A stretch of 27,387 nt of DNA from Bdellovibrionales bacterium (GCA_031370005.1 JANMPT010000103.1:1-27387); one strand, 5' to 3'; positions 1-8,412 are shown, counted from the stretch's first letter. Translations and numbers: made by a program. Notes: generated by a model from the letters alone, not told the origin.

Positions 1-2
1 TT

Positions 3-309
3 ACGCAAGTTCCGAAATTAATTGAGCAAGCATTATCCATGGATTTAGAGGATGGACTGTGGTTCGGTGATCTCAAGGCAGAAGAACTTCATGACCAAGG
101 ATCTTACGGCGGCTATCGTTTCAGTTGTGCATTTCAGATAGCTTCCAGCGTCATTTAAAGAAACCGCTGGAGCGTTTAACTTGGCGCTTTTGAAAAGGTC
201 TTGGGCAAGCGTTGAGTTTAATGAGCGCCGAAAACTTTTTGATGATTCCTGGAATGACTTATTGGATTGCCTTGAAAAGATTGATGGGTCTAATGATGAA
301 GAAAAATGA
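3..309 (+). pseudogene. AbiEii-like nucleotidyltransferase toxin remnant (5' partial, internal deletion + frameshift near 141)
   Basis: Manual translation: frame 3 gives TQVPKLIEQALSMDLEDGLWFGDLKAEELHDQGSYGGYRFSCAFQI (stop 156-158). Frame 1 from 142 gives LPASFKETAGAFNLALLKRSWASVEF...LEKIDGSNDEEK* (stop 307-309). The pieces resemble middle and C-terminal segments of AbiEii proteins; family call by recall only. Confidence 0.5.
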
Positions 310-311
310 TT

Positions 312-327
312 CTGCTATTTTAGCACA
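312..327. repeat. 16-bp direct repeat CTGCTATTTTAGCACA, copy 1 (copy 2 at 1922-1937)
   Basis: Identical 16-mer at both sites, each just after a stop codon; internal IR TGCTA-TTT-TAGCA. Confidence 0.85.
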
Positions 328-509
328 AACAGGTGGAAACACATTCTTGAAGCCATCGAAAAATTTGAACGAGAATTCAATGTCCAAAAGGTTCATTTTT
401 CTCAAGAGTACACTGACAAATAATTTCATTGTCGTAAAGTAAATAAGAGATTATTATAAATAAATTCACTGAAAATTGTCCGTGATTGATCTCTAGAATT
501 TGGGGTTCT

Positions 510-1325
510 ATGGCGAAAAGAAAAACGAAGACGCTAAAGCGTAAGATGAAAACTCGGAAATCTCCAGCAGTTAAAAAAAAACCCGAAATAAATCCAAAAC
601 CCACTTTACCCCCAGTTCATTCTTGGCGAGTGTGCCCCTATGGTGAGCATTGGGTCAGGACTCATCCAATGCATGTTCCTCCAAGCAAAACTCATCCTGA
701 GGGTTCTGTGACGACCCGTCGTGAACATTGCGCGCGAAATCCTTCTGGCAAAGATCAACTTTATCCAGAAGAGATTCAAGAAATAGCCAGTCAGAATTTT
801 GCAAATTTGAAAAATAGACCTTGTCCGCGACCTCTAATTTTTGGTGTAGATGGCAATCAATATGACGATCTCATTGCGGGTTGGACGCAGTATTGGAACG
901 AAGTTTTAAAGCCAGGTGAGGCTTTAGACCCTAATCTTGTGAAAGCACTTATTGCATCTGAGTCGGGATTTGACCCCAAGGCTCTTGCTAACAAAAAGAA
1001 CTCAAATAGTGCTCGCGGTTTAATGCAAATTACAAATGACTCCCGAAAACTTCTAGGTGGTGATCATGGTGATTTGAAGGATCATCTGATTACTATCACA
1101 AAGACGGAATTAAATGATCCCAATATAAATATTTGTGCAGGTATCAGATGGCTTTTTGAAAAGCGACGTTTACTTTCCTCTCGTTTGAAAAGATCAGCTA
1201 CTTGGGTGGAGACTATCTGGGATTACAAAGCGGTTAAGCGTGCCAAAACGAAAGAAGCTGCTGAAAGAATTAAAAAGACATTTAATAAATTTTATGAAGA
1301 ACTTCAGAAATGTGGAAAACCATGA
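510..1325 (+). CDS. lytic transglycosylase (SLT-domain) protein with basic, Cys/His-containing N-terminus
   Basis: SLT motifs LVKALIASESGF (catalytic Glu), ARGLMQI, NINICAGIRWL. ATG at 510 preferred over GTG at 486. No signal peptide. Confidence 0.85.
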   Translation: MAKRKTKTLKRKMKTRKSPAVKKKPEINPKPTLPPVHSWRVCPYGEHWVRTHPMHVPPSKTHPEGSVTTRREHCARNPSGKDQLYPEEIQEIASQNFANLKNRPCPRPLIFGVDGNQYDDLIAGWTQYWNEVLKPGEALDPNLVKALIASESGFDPKALANKKNSNSARGLMQITNDSRKLLGGDHGDLKDHLITITKTELNDPNINICAGIRWLFEKRRLLSSRLKRSATWVETIWDYKAVKRAKTKEAAERIKKTFNKFYEELQKCGKP

Positions 1326-1906
1326 AGGGTCTTCAGATTTTGTTCTCCATTCTTTTAAGTTCAATTTTAGCTAGTGGATCAGATAATGTTCATCTAGCGA
1401 AATTAAAATCAAGGTTTCCAAATGGATTGTTAAGTGATGATTATGGAGTTTTGAATATCAAAGACTTAGCTCTTAATGCTTGCCGTCTCAAGCCCCCACC
1501 ATTCATCCCAGGGGCTACTGATTCATATCAATATTGGATATGTTTTGAAAATAAAAATATTTTGCCGACCTGTTATGATGCGGGCATTGACGAGACCGAG
1601 GGGCATGTAGGACGCGTGTATATTGATGTTCATAACCGTGAAATGAGTTATCAATTCTTTGAGCGTCGGCCATGGTCAATTCGAGATTGCAGGAGCTTTG
1701 TAAAGGATCTGAAAAAGATTATGAAAGGAACGTCACACGCTTGCATTTCGGCTTCGAGTATTACTAAAGAAGAAAAGAACGACAAAGGGCAAATGGAGCG
1801 CATTGGATTTCTTCACCGATTCAAAACCCGTAAAGGTTGTGAAGGCGAAGAGTGTGAGTTGACCAAAAAATTCAAAAAAGAATACTGTCCCGAGCTTAAA
1901 CTATAA
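1322..1906 (+). CDS. secreted Cys-rich hypothetical protein, translationally coupled to the SLT gene
   Basis: ATGA overlap at 1322-1325; signal peptide MKGLQILFSILLSSILASG; 8 Cys in the mature part. Confidence 0.8.
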   Translation: MKGLQILFSILLSSILASGSDNVHLAKLKSRFPNGLLSDDYGVLNIKDLALNACRLKPPPFIPGATDSYQYWICFENKNILPTCYDAGIDETEGHVGRVYIDVHNREMSYQFFERRPWSIRDCRSFVKDLKKIMKGTSHACISASSITKEEKNDKGQMERIGFLHRFKTRKGCEGEECELTKKFKKEYCPELKL

Positions 1907-1921
1907 TTTTAGATCATTCTG

Positions 1922-1937
1922 CTGCTATTTTAGCACA
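1922..1937. repeat. 16-bp direct repeat CTGCTATTTTAGCACA, copy 2
   Basis: Identical to 312-327. Confidence 0.85.
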
Positions 1938-2077
1938 GAAGTTTCACTAAGTAGTTGAAACCAGTCATATTGCGACGAATCCGCCACTTGTCTTCACTTC
2001 AGCAAAGCTGAAATACTTTCTAAAGGGAAAGTAAAGTCATTCAAAATGATAGTGAAAGTCACGACTCATCACGGGAG

Positions 2078-2097
2078 TTGGCTACTCCGTGGCTACT
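2078..2097. repeat. TGGCTAC-N4-TGGCTAC tandem site (arm-type-like), copy 1
   Basis: TTGGCTACTCCGTGGCTACT, 18/20 identical to 3846-3865. Confidence 0.75.
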
Positions 2098-2175
2098 TGA
2101 GGTTCTACTTGAAAGTACGATTCGACAGACGCTGTGCAAATTGCCTCTATATTTGATCAATCCTAAAGTCTTTCA

Positions 2176-2697
2176 ATGCGAACACTAGTTGGGTTTTTAA
2201 TTTCAGTTCTATTTTTAAGTTCAGTGAATACCTGGGCAGCAATGTCAAAGAAGCAGTTATACGCCGCTAGCATGGAAAATGACGCTCAGTTCATCGAATG
2301 TGTTGGGAACATTTTCTTTTCAGTCGGCCAATTTCAGAGAGTGATATTGGAAGATCTGAAATGGGAAAGTTCAAACAGTGAATTTCAAAAAATTGAAAAG
2401 GCTCAAGGCTTTTTAAAAAAAGCGGATCAAAATTTATTGCTGGCACTCCAAAATTCTGACAAGTTACTCAACGAACTTAAAGGTGCTGATCGCGGAAAAT
2501 TTGAAAAACAACTCAGTGGCTTCAAGGGTCAGGTTCAGGACCTAAAAGCACGACTTGAATTTATTGTCGTAAAGATCGACCAAAAAAAATTACCAGATAC
2601 TGCGGAGATTCATAAAGTAGTTTTACTAGCAATCGCCGGAACAGGTTTTGGAATGGAAGTATCCAAGCAGAAATCAAAGAACGACACCAAAGAATAA
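2176..2697 (+). CDS. secreted helical hypothetical protein
   Basis: 173-aa ORF with signal peptide (...SSVNTWA) and amphipathic helices. Confidence 0.75.
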   Translation: MRTLVGFLISVLFLSSVNTWAAMSKKQLYAASMENDAQFIECVGNIFFSVGQFQRVILEDLKWESSNSEFQKIEKAQGFLKKADQNLLLALQNSDKLLNELKGADRGKFEKQLSGFKGQVQDLKARLEFIVVKIDQKKLPDTAEIHKVVLLAIAGTGFGMEVSKQKSKNDTKE

Positions 2698-2878
2698 AAT
2701 AAATGACGATTTTTCGACGTGAATATGATTTGCCGCCTCTGACAGCGGACTGACAGTGCGCTATCAGAAGAAAATCTGTAAGCCTTTGAAATTAAACAAC
2801 AATGAATTTTAAAACCCAGGGTCAGTTGTAGATATTTAGAACTTTGAAGATCGATGTGTTTATGTCAATTAGCGGGCC

Positions 2879-3190
2879 TTAAGCAACATCCACAACAACC
2901 TTCAACTTTAACCCTGCTTCATCAACAAGTGACTGTAATGACAACTCAACGAATCGTTCTTGAGAATGCCCAAGGTCTTTGGCAAATCGAGCTGCGCGTT
3001 CGGGACTAACAGCTTTGTTTCCTTTTTCGATATCGTTCAAGTGCGAGCGAGAAATTTTAAGATGTTTCGCAAACTCAGCTTGTGAAACTTCTTCACCAAG
3101 GCGAATGGCTTCGATAAGTTTGTCAATTGTTACTGGACCGCCGGTGATCTTCTCTAAAAACTTTCGAGTTTCACTTTTCTTAGTCCTCAT
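2879..3190 (-). CDS. XRE-family HTH protein (antitoxin-like)
   Basis: SQAEFAKHLKISRSHLNDIEKG HTH_3 motif; starts 2 nt after the higA stop. Confidence 0.85.
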   Translation of the reverse strand: MRTKKSETRKFLEKITGGPVTIDKLIEAIRLGEEVSQAEFAKHLKISRSHLNDIEKGNKAVSPERAARFAKDLGHSQERFVELSLQSLVDEAGLKLKVVVDVA

Positions 3191-3192
3191 AT

Positions 3193-3453
3193 TTAAGCCA
3201 CTTTTTTACGAGCTAGCCATAGATCATATTCAGCCTGAATGCGAACCCACATCTCTGCGGTCGTTCCAAGTACTTTCTCCAGTATGATCGCAAACTCTGG
3301 TGAGATCGAACGCTTGCCATTCACGATCTCGTTTATTTTTCTTGGTGAACAATCACATTTCTCCGCGAGTTGTGATTGATTAAGCTCCATCTCTTTCATA
3401 TAGATTTCGCTCAAGACTACTCCCGGATGCATGGGTTTTGGATTTTTTATCAT
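3193..3453 (-). CDS. higA: HigA-family antitoxin
   Basis: PMHPGVVL...SQLA...INEIVNGKRSISPEFA...WVRIQAEYDL; GAGGTG RBS before ATG 3453. Confidence 0.92.
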   Translation of the reverse strand: MIKNPKPMHPGVVLSEIYMKEMELNQSQLAEKCDCSPRKINEIVNGKRSISPEFAIILEKVLGTTAEMWVRIQAEYDLWLARKKVA

Positions 3454-3460
3454 AAGCACC

Positions 3461-3751
3461 TCAATGGTAATTTTCAATTCGGACGTCAATAAATTCTCCG
3501 GCTTTAAACTTAAAGGTGATGCACCAAGGAAGCTTTATTGTGATACTCCATTCATCCCTGCGGTCACCTTTAAGCTTGTGCAGCCGAATGTTCGGCGGCT
3601 GACCTTTGATTTTTAAATCGCTCATCTCTGTTGTTCCGTGCATTATCGTCAAAAGAGCCTTTGCACGGGTCCAAAGCTCTTTAGGAAGGGATTTAGAACT
3701 CTCAGTTTCCCAAATATCCTGGGAAATTTTATTACCAAAGCTACGGATCAT
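3461..3751 (-). CDS. higB: HigB-family (RelE superfamily) toxin
   Basis: MIRSF...RLHKLKGDR...WSITI...ENYH; toxin-first order; AGGGAG RBS. Confidence 0.9.
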   Translation of the reverse strand: MIRSFGNKISQDIWETESSKSLPKELWTRAKALLTIMHGTTEMSDLKIKGQPPNIRLHKLKGDRRDEWSITIKLPWCITFKFKAGEFIDVRIENYH

Positions 3752-3765
3752 ATTCTCCCTTATGA

Positions 3766-3799
3766 ATTACACTATACCGTATAGTGTAATATGTGTCAA
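3766..3799 (-). promoter_or_regulatory. sigma70 promoter of higBA with overlapping 12-1-12 operator
   Basis: Minus strand TTGACA (3799-3794), 17 bp, TATAGT (3776-3771); perfect IR ATTACACTATAC-C-GTATAGTGTAAT at 3766-3790. Confidence 0.88.
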
Positions 3800-3845
3800 T
3801 TAATCAAATTTCTAGATACAACTCAGCGGGTCTCGGAAAATGACC

Positions 3846-3865
3846 TTGGCTACTTTGTGGCTACT
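3846..3865. repeat. TGGCTAC-N4-TGGCTAC tandem site, copy 2
   Basis: TTGGCTACTTTGTGGCTACT; matches 2078-2097. Confidence 0.75.
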
Positions 3866-4169
3866 GCGTTAACTATCCTCTTGATTTCATTGGATTCACG
3901 CTGAATCCGCCATTCTTCGCGACTCATTAAGAGTGAAGTTTCAAAACTCAAATCAAAATAAAGGTTCTTGAACGTCAGACCAGTCGGGACCCCAGATTCA
4001 TTAGGTTTTATGGCACCAGTCAGGAGCAACCAGGTGCGAAGACTACTGGCTTTATGTTCACTATGACACCACCTTACAATAGTAAAAGATAAATCTGGGT
4101 ATTAATTCATGGAGCAATGTTAGTAGTCTGAGGTATAGAAATTGCACTTAGACAATATCAGAGGTGCCT

Positions 4170-4496
4170 ATGAGCAAATTATTTCTTTTCAGTCTACTAA
4201 CTTTCTTAACATTTTCACAGGCTTTTGCTGAGGCACTAACATACGTTAGGCCGAGCGATAGCAAAGTCTTCTACTGTCTTGATCACGAAGGGCCGAGAGA
4301 TCCAAAATGTGTAAGTAAACTTGTAAGCACACTCACACCAGATTTTGGATCTTCACAGGCTTCCAACTACGCTATTAATGCTTGTAGAAATGCGATTGTG
4401 GGATTTTCGGATTGCTACGTAGACGCATTTGATACTTTCAAACCTAACTATGGCTCTAGTCAGGCAATATACATGGCAAAAAATGCTTGTTTCTAA
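4170..4496 (+). CDS. small secreted protein with two Cys-containing internal repeats
   Basis: GAGGTG RBS, signal peptide ending AFA; repeats PDFGSSQASNYAINAC / PNYGSSQAIYMAKNAC. Confidence 0.8.
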   Translation: MSKLFLFSLLTFLTFSQAFAEALTYVRPSDSKVFYCLDHEGPRDPKCVSKLVSTLTPDFGSSQASNYAINACRNAIVGFSDCYVDAFDTFKPNYGSSQAIYMAKNACF

Positions 4497-4512
4497 AATT
4501 GAATAGAAACCC

Positions 4513-5025
4513 CTAGTCATCTATTTTATAACGAGAATAGATTTCACATGCGGGGTTATGAATAGTTGGTGTTTCAAAACCTGTATCCATAATAACTGGC
4601 TTCATGATATCGGCTCCTTGATCAATAAGCCAACCAAGCAATGAAGCAGAAAATCCATCCTCCCAAGATATTCCTTCATAAAGAGCTGTTTGCTGAGCAT
4701 GATCTACCCTGAAATACATGTTAGGATCAGCGCCATATTTAACCATAATGACGACCGCGTCTTGTGCGTCAGCCGTAATCAATTCGCTGAGCAAAGGGTT
4801 CTCCCAGTAAATATGCGAGTAGAAAGTATTGGGATTGGCTCCTGCCATCAGCAATGCCTCAAGAATCGCTAGGTCAACTCCAGAGTTTTTCATTGAAGTT
4901 CCACGTATTAACAAATCAATAAGGACATTGTCTTGTCGCAAGTCAAGATCGTGATCGCAATTTTGATTTGGATCCAGCTTAAATTGCAATATCGCGCGAA
5001 CTGTTTGCAGGTCCCGATCTTTCAC
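4513..5025 (-). CDS. ankyrin-repeat-like protein, probably N-terminally truncated
   Basis: LLMAGANPN, MVKYGADPN, LIDQGADI motifs; GTG start lies at the junction with the truncated ArsR gene. Confidence 0.6.
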   Translation of the reverse strand: MKDRDLQTVRAILQFKLDPNQNCDHDLDLRQDNVLIDLLIRGTSMKNSGVDLAILEALLMAGANPNTFYSHIYWENPLLSELITADAQDAVVIMVKYGADPNMYFRVDHAQQTALYEGISWEDGFSASLLGWLIDQGADIMKPVIMDTGFETPTIHNPACEIYSRYKIDD

Positions 5026-5459
5026 AGGTACTCATCTGAGGGTCTGGCGTCTAAAAGAATGATTTCGCCCTTTTTTACTTGGGCTAAGAGTTGCTTTCGA
5101 TTCACGGGCTCCATTGAAGCGATGTCCTTGAACGATGCGGAAGCAATTTTTTGGATTTCAGAAAATTGTTTTTCACTGAATGTTCGAAGGCCTAAAAGAA
5201 AGTCAGCGACTGAGTTATTTGAAATTCGATAGTAGACGTATTTTCCATTGCGTCTGGTCTCAACAAGAAGAGCTGATTTGAGTTCTTTGAGTTGAGCACT
5301 AGCATTTTTGATTCCAAGATTTGCTTGCTCGGCTATCGCCTCAACCGTCTTTTCGCCTTGGCAAAGAAGATCTAAAATTTCAATTCTCATGGGACTTGAG
5401 AGGGCCTTTGTGGACCTTGCGAACTGTTCATAAAGAGCATCTTTGATTTGTCTTTTCAT
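5022..5459 (-). pseudogene. ArsR/SmtB regulator-rhodanese fusion truncated early in the rhodanese domain
   Basis: KALSSPMRIEILDLL...ASAQLKELK...GKYVYY ArsR HTH, then IILLDARPSDEY (rhodanese start) and an immediate stop; start MKRQIK at 5459. Confidence 0.8.
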
Positions 5460-5460
5460 A

Positions 5461-5492
5461 GCTATCATTCTAATGAATATTAGAATGATAGC
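5461..5492. promoter_or_regulatory. 14-4-14 inverted repeat, likely ArsR operator
   Basis: GCTATCATTCTAAT-GAAT-ATTAGAATGATAGC directly upstream of the ArsR ATG. Confidence 0.75.
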
Positions 5493-5562
5493 CAATACCT
5501 TAGGTCTTGCTGGCCGATCCGGAGATGAGATAAATTAATAATTTCAATAATATACAGTTCTT

Positions 5563-5596
5563 CAAGCCATATTCATAAATTTATGAATATGGCTTG
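5563..5596. promoter_or_regulatory. perfect 34-bp palindrome, likely operator of the AbiE-like operon
   Basis: CAAGCCATATTCATAAA|TTTATGAATATGGCTTG, followed by TATAAT at 5605-5610. Confidence 0.75.
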
Positions 5597-5627
5597 CAAA
5601 ATCGTATAATGCTGTTATTATTAGTAA

Positions 5628-6677
5628 ATGGAGATAAATGTCCTTAGAAAGAACTTGGGGGCCTTACGAACCCTCTACCCAGGCGGCACTGAAGGTGAGC
5701 TTCGCCACCTTAGCGGGGACGTGCTCAAGGGCCTCCCTGTTTGGATCAAAGAATCTATCCAGCTCTATGATTTTCCTCTGGAGGGCCTTGGTGCCCCTCT
5801 CTATCTCGTGGTGCCTAAAGAAAATATCACGCTCGAACATCTCATGCGCATCTACCGACAACTTGCCGAAAAACTTGATGCGCACATTATTGTTATTGCG
5901 GACCACATGCCCCCTAAACACCGCCCCCTTCTTGTGAAGTATCGCATACCTTTTATTTACAAAGACGAATCCATTTTTGCGCCAGAATTAGGGCTCAAAT
6001 TTGGACAGCTCAAAAAATTCGAACCAAAGCTCAAGTTTGATCTCGAAGGAAAAAAAGAGACTTTGACCCCATTCGCTCTAAAAATTATCGCAGGACTTTT
6101 AACAAATAAGATCCCGCAAGAATTTACCCACAAATTTTTGCACCAGAAATTGAGCGAGCAGACCAAGCTCTCATCTTCAAAACTGAATCCTACTTTAAAT
6201 GAATTGGCTGCACATGGATTTCTACTTATTCAAGGATCAGGGCCTACAAAAACATACATCAAAAATGAGACTCAGAAAATTTGGGAAAAGACCCTCGCTA
6301 CATCGTTTGCGCCATTTTTTCGAGAGGTGCAGACAAACTACATTCCGAATGATCGTGGTACTTATGGCATCGCGGGAGAAACGGCATTGGCCCAATATTC
6401 AAACCTTGCAGCCCCAAAGCAGCAGACCATTGCAATGACAGCGGGAGCGTTTCGAAGCCTTTATCAAGGAAAGCCAAAAGACACTAAGCCTTACGGTGAT
6501 TTTGACAAGCCCAGTGTTGTACAAATCTGGAAAGAAGACCCTCGCCTTTTTTCTTCTGATGGCGTGATGAATCCCATCGAAGTTTTTTTCTCCATGCGAA
6601 ATCATCCTGACGACCGCGTTCAGATAGCCCTTGATGAAATGCTAAATACCTATGGGCTCATCAGGAATAAGGAGTAA
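5628..6677 (+). CDS. AbiEi-like / winged-helix transcriptional regulator (type IV TA antitoxin-like)
   Basis: 349 aa with a central wHTH (SSSKLNPTLNELAAHGFL) and C-terminal AGETALAQYS...VQIWKEDP...NPIEVFFSM...DDRVQ; 3 nt upstream of an NTase gene. Confidence 0.65.
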   Translation: MEINVLRKNLGALRTLYPGGTEGELRHLSGDVLKGLPVWIKESIQLYDFPLEGLGAPLYLVVPKENITLEHLMRIYRQLAEKLDAHIIVIADHMPPKHRPLLVKYRIPFIYKDESIFAPELGLKFGQLKKFEPKLKFDLEGKKETLTPFALKIIAGLLTNKIPQEFTHKFLHQKLSEQTKLSSSKLNPTLNELAAHGFLLIQGSGPTKTYIKNETQKIWEKTLATSFAPFFREVQTNYIPNDRGTYGIAGETALAQYSNLAAPKQQTIAMTAGAFRSLYQGKPKDTKPYGDFDKPSVVQIWKEDPRLFSSDGVMNPIEVFFSMRNHPDDRVQIALDEMLNTYGLIRNKE

Positions 6678-6680
6678 TGA

Positions 6681-7451
6681 ATGGCACGCCCACACGGATT
6701 TGATCATTTTTGCAATACTCTAAAAGGACTAGAGGCCGACTACGTCGTCATTGGTGGTGGGGCCGCCGCCATTCTCATGGACGACGAAGGACTAGAATTC
6801 AGAGCAACAAAAGATGTCGATTTGGTTGTACTCGGGCGTTCTGACGAACTGAATGCCCGAATTCTTGCCTATATTAAAGACGGTGGTTACAAAATCAAAG
6901 AATCGACAGACACCACTCCGAAATATTATCGCTTTAGAGAGCCCTCTAAAGCAGAATGTCCTGCCATGATCGAGATTTTTGCTCGTAATGAACTGGAGCT
7001 TCAGCTTGAAGAAGGACAATACATTATTCCTATTAAAAGCGATTCGGCAGAAAAACTCTCTGCAATTTTACTTGCTGACGAATACTTTGATCTCATTCGA
7101 AACAATCTTGTCACTTCAGGATCAGGAATCACACTTATCAATGCAATTGCAAATATCTGCCTGAAGGCCAGGGCGCATCGAGAACTTTTCGAACGACGAG
7201 AATCCGGCGACAAAACCGCAGAAGAAAAGTCTATCCAAAAACATCTCAAAGATATTTGGAGACTTGCTGCTGTTCTGACAGGCGAAGAAATTATAGCTCT
7301 TACGGGGCAGCCAGAAAAAGATGTGACGTCCGCAATTCAAAAGCTCGGTCTGTTGCCGAAAATGCAATTCAAGCAAGTGATGGAAAATATCCCAGGGGTA
7401 GAGATCGAATCCATCATGGCGGTCCTAAAAAAGGTGTTTCTGAAGTTTTGA
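6681..7451 (+). CDS. AbiEii-like nucleotidyltransferase (type IV TA toxin-like)
   Basis: Pol-beta NTase motif VIGGGAA...RATKDVD, plus LKARA and KHLKDIWRL. Confidence 0.75.
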   Translation: MARPHGFDHFCNTLKGLEADYVVIGGGAAAILMDDEGLEFRATKDVDLVVLGRSDELNARILAYIKDGGYKIKESTDTTPKYYRFREPSKAECPAMIEIFARNELELQLEEGQYIIPIKSDSAEKLSAILLADEYFDLIRNNLVTSGSGITLINAIANICLKARAHRELFERRESGDKTAEEKSIQKHLKDIWRLAAVLTGEEIIALTGQPEKDVTSAIQKLGLLPKMQFKQVMENIPGVEIESIMAVLKKVFLKF

Positions 7452-7457
7452 TGTATC

Positions 7458-7487
7458 AAAAAAAGAATCGGCTCATTGCCGATTCTT
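7458..7487 (-). terminator. rho-independent terminator (hairpin between convergent units)
   Basis: AAGAATCGGC-TCATT-GCCGATTCTT stem with an A-run on the left (U-tract on the minus strand). Confidence 0.75.
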
Positions 7488-7552
7488 CACGAACCATGTT
7501 GCAAGTTGAATTACTCCCACGACAATCGCAATAATCCAAGCGCGCTTGAATC

Positions 7553-7735
7553 CTAGTATTGAACTTTTAAAACTTCAGTTTCCAAAATTGAGTTGAAGGC
7601 TTCGATGTAAGCATTTCGATCTGGTGATCTTGGTGGAATAAACTCATGGGTTAATTTCTTTTCCAAATTTTTTAAATAAAAATAAAATCTGTTGCTCGAC
7701 ATCTGGGGGCCATTATCAGATCTGATTGATGGATC
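7553..7735 (-). pseudogene. IS3-family transposase integrase-core fragment
   Basis: IRSDNGPQM...HEFIPPRSPDRNAYIEAFNSILETE (second D and E of the DDE motif); no start, no terminal IRs seen. Confidence 0.85.
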
Positions 7736-7797
7736 AGGTCTCGATCTTTTAGCTGACTTGCGATCGCCTGCTCGCCGCGAAGCTGACGGCCATAACT

Positions 7798-8412
7798 TCA
7801 TTTTCCTAGCGGACCGGCTTGCTCGGTGAAACGTTTAAATGCGGGCCGATCTGAACACATTTTCACATAGTTTTGAAAAGCAGGTCTCGGCTCCAGTTGT
7901 TTACTTAAAAGACCCCAGCCAACTGACGAGGAAATATAAACATCCGCAGCACTAAACTTTTTACCCAAGATAAATCCATTTGAAATCGCTTTTTCCAACG
8001 TATTAAAAGTATCCGCAGAAGAACCGTATCCAAGTTGACTCGACTCTACTTTTTGAGTCCGAGGGTTCTTAACATCTAAAAGAGCTGGTTCAAAACTACT
8101 CGCGACGAAAAAGAACCACCGTAAATATGTTCCTCTGTCTAAATCGCCAATCGCTGGAGCAAGGTTTGCTTTTGGAAATGTATCAGCAAGATACATACAA
8201 ATGGCCGCGGTCTCGGTTATGACCACACCTTTATGAACAATGGTTGGTATCTTACCCATTGGATTGATTTTTAAATATTCAGGCGATTTATGCTCAGCCT
8301 TTTTCCAGTCGAGAAGTTTGACCTCATAGTCGGCTTCAACTTCTTCGAGCATCCAATGGACTATTCGACCTCGTGACATTGGGTTGTAATAAAAAGTGAT
8401 TTTGTCTGTCAT
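7798..8412 (-). CDS. glutathione S-transferase family protein
   Basis: NPMSRG...INPMGKIP...ETAAI; C-terminal FSAADVY. Confidence 0.93.
   Translation of the reverse strand: MTDKITFYYNPMSRGRIVHWMLEEVEADYEVKLLDWKKAEHKSPEYLKINPMGKIPTIVHKGVVITETAAICMYLADTFPKANLAPAIGDLDRGTYLRWFFFVASSFEPALLDVKNPRTQKVESSQLGYGSSADTFNTLEKAISNGFILGKKFSAADVYISSSVGWGLLSKQLEPRPAFQNYVKMCSDRPAFKRFTEQAGPLGK

Noticed and set aside
212..604. Tracked ORFs 212-442 (+) and 377-604 (-)
   Set aside because: Off-frame or antisense to the better supported AbiEii remnant and SLT gene; no motifs.
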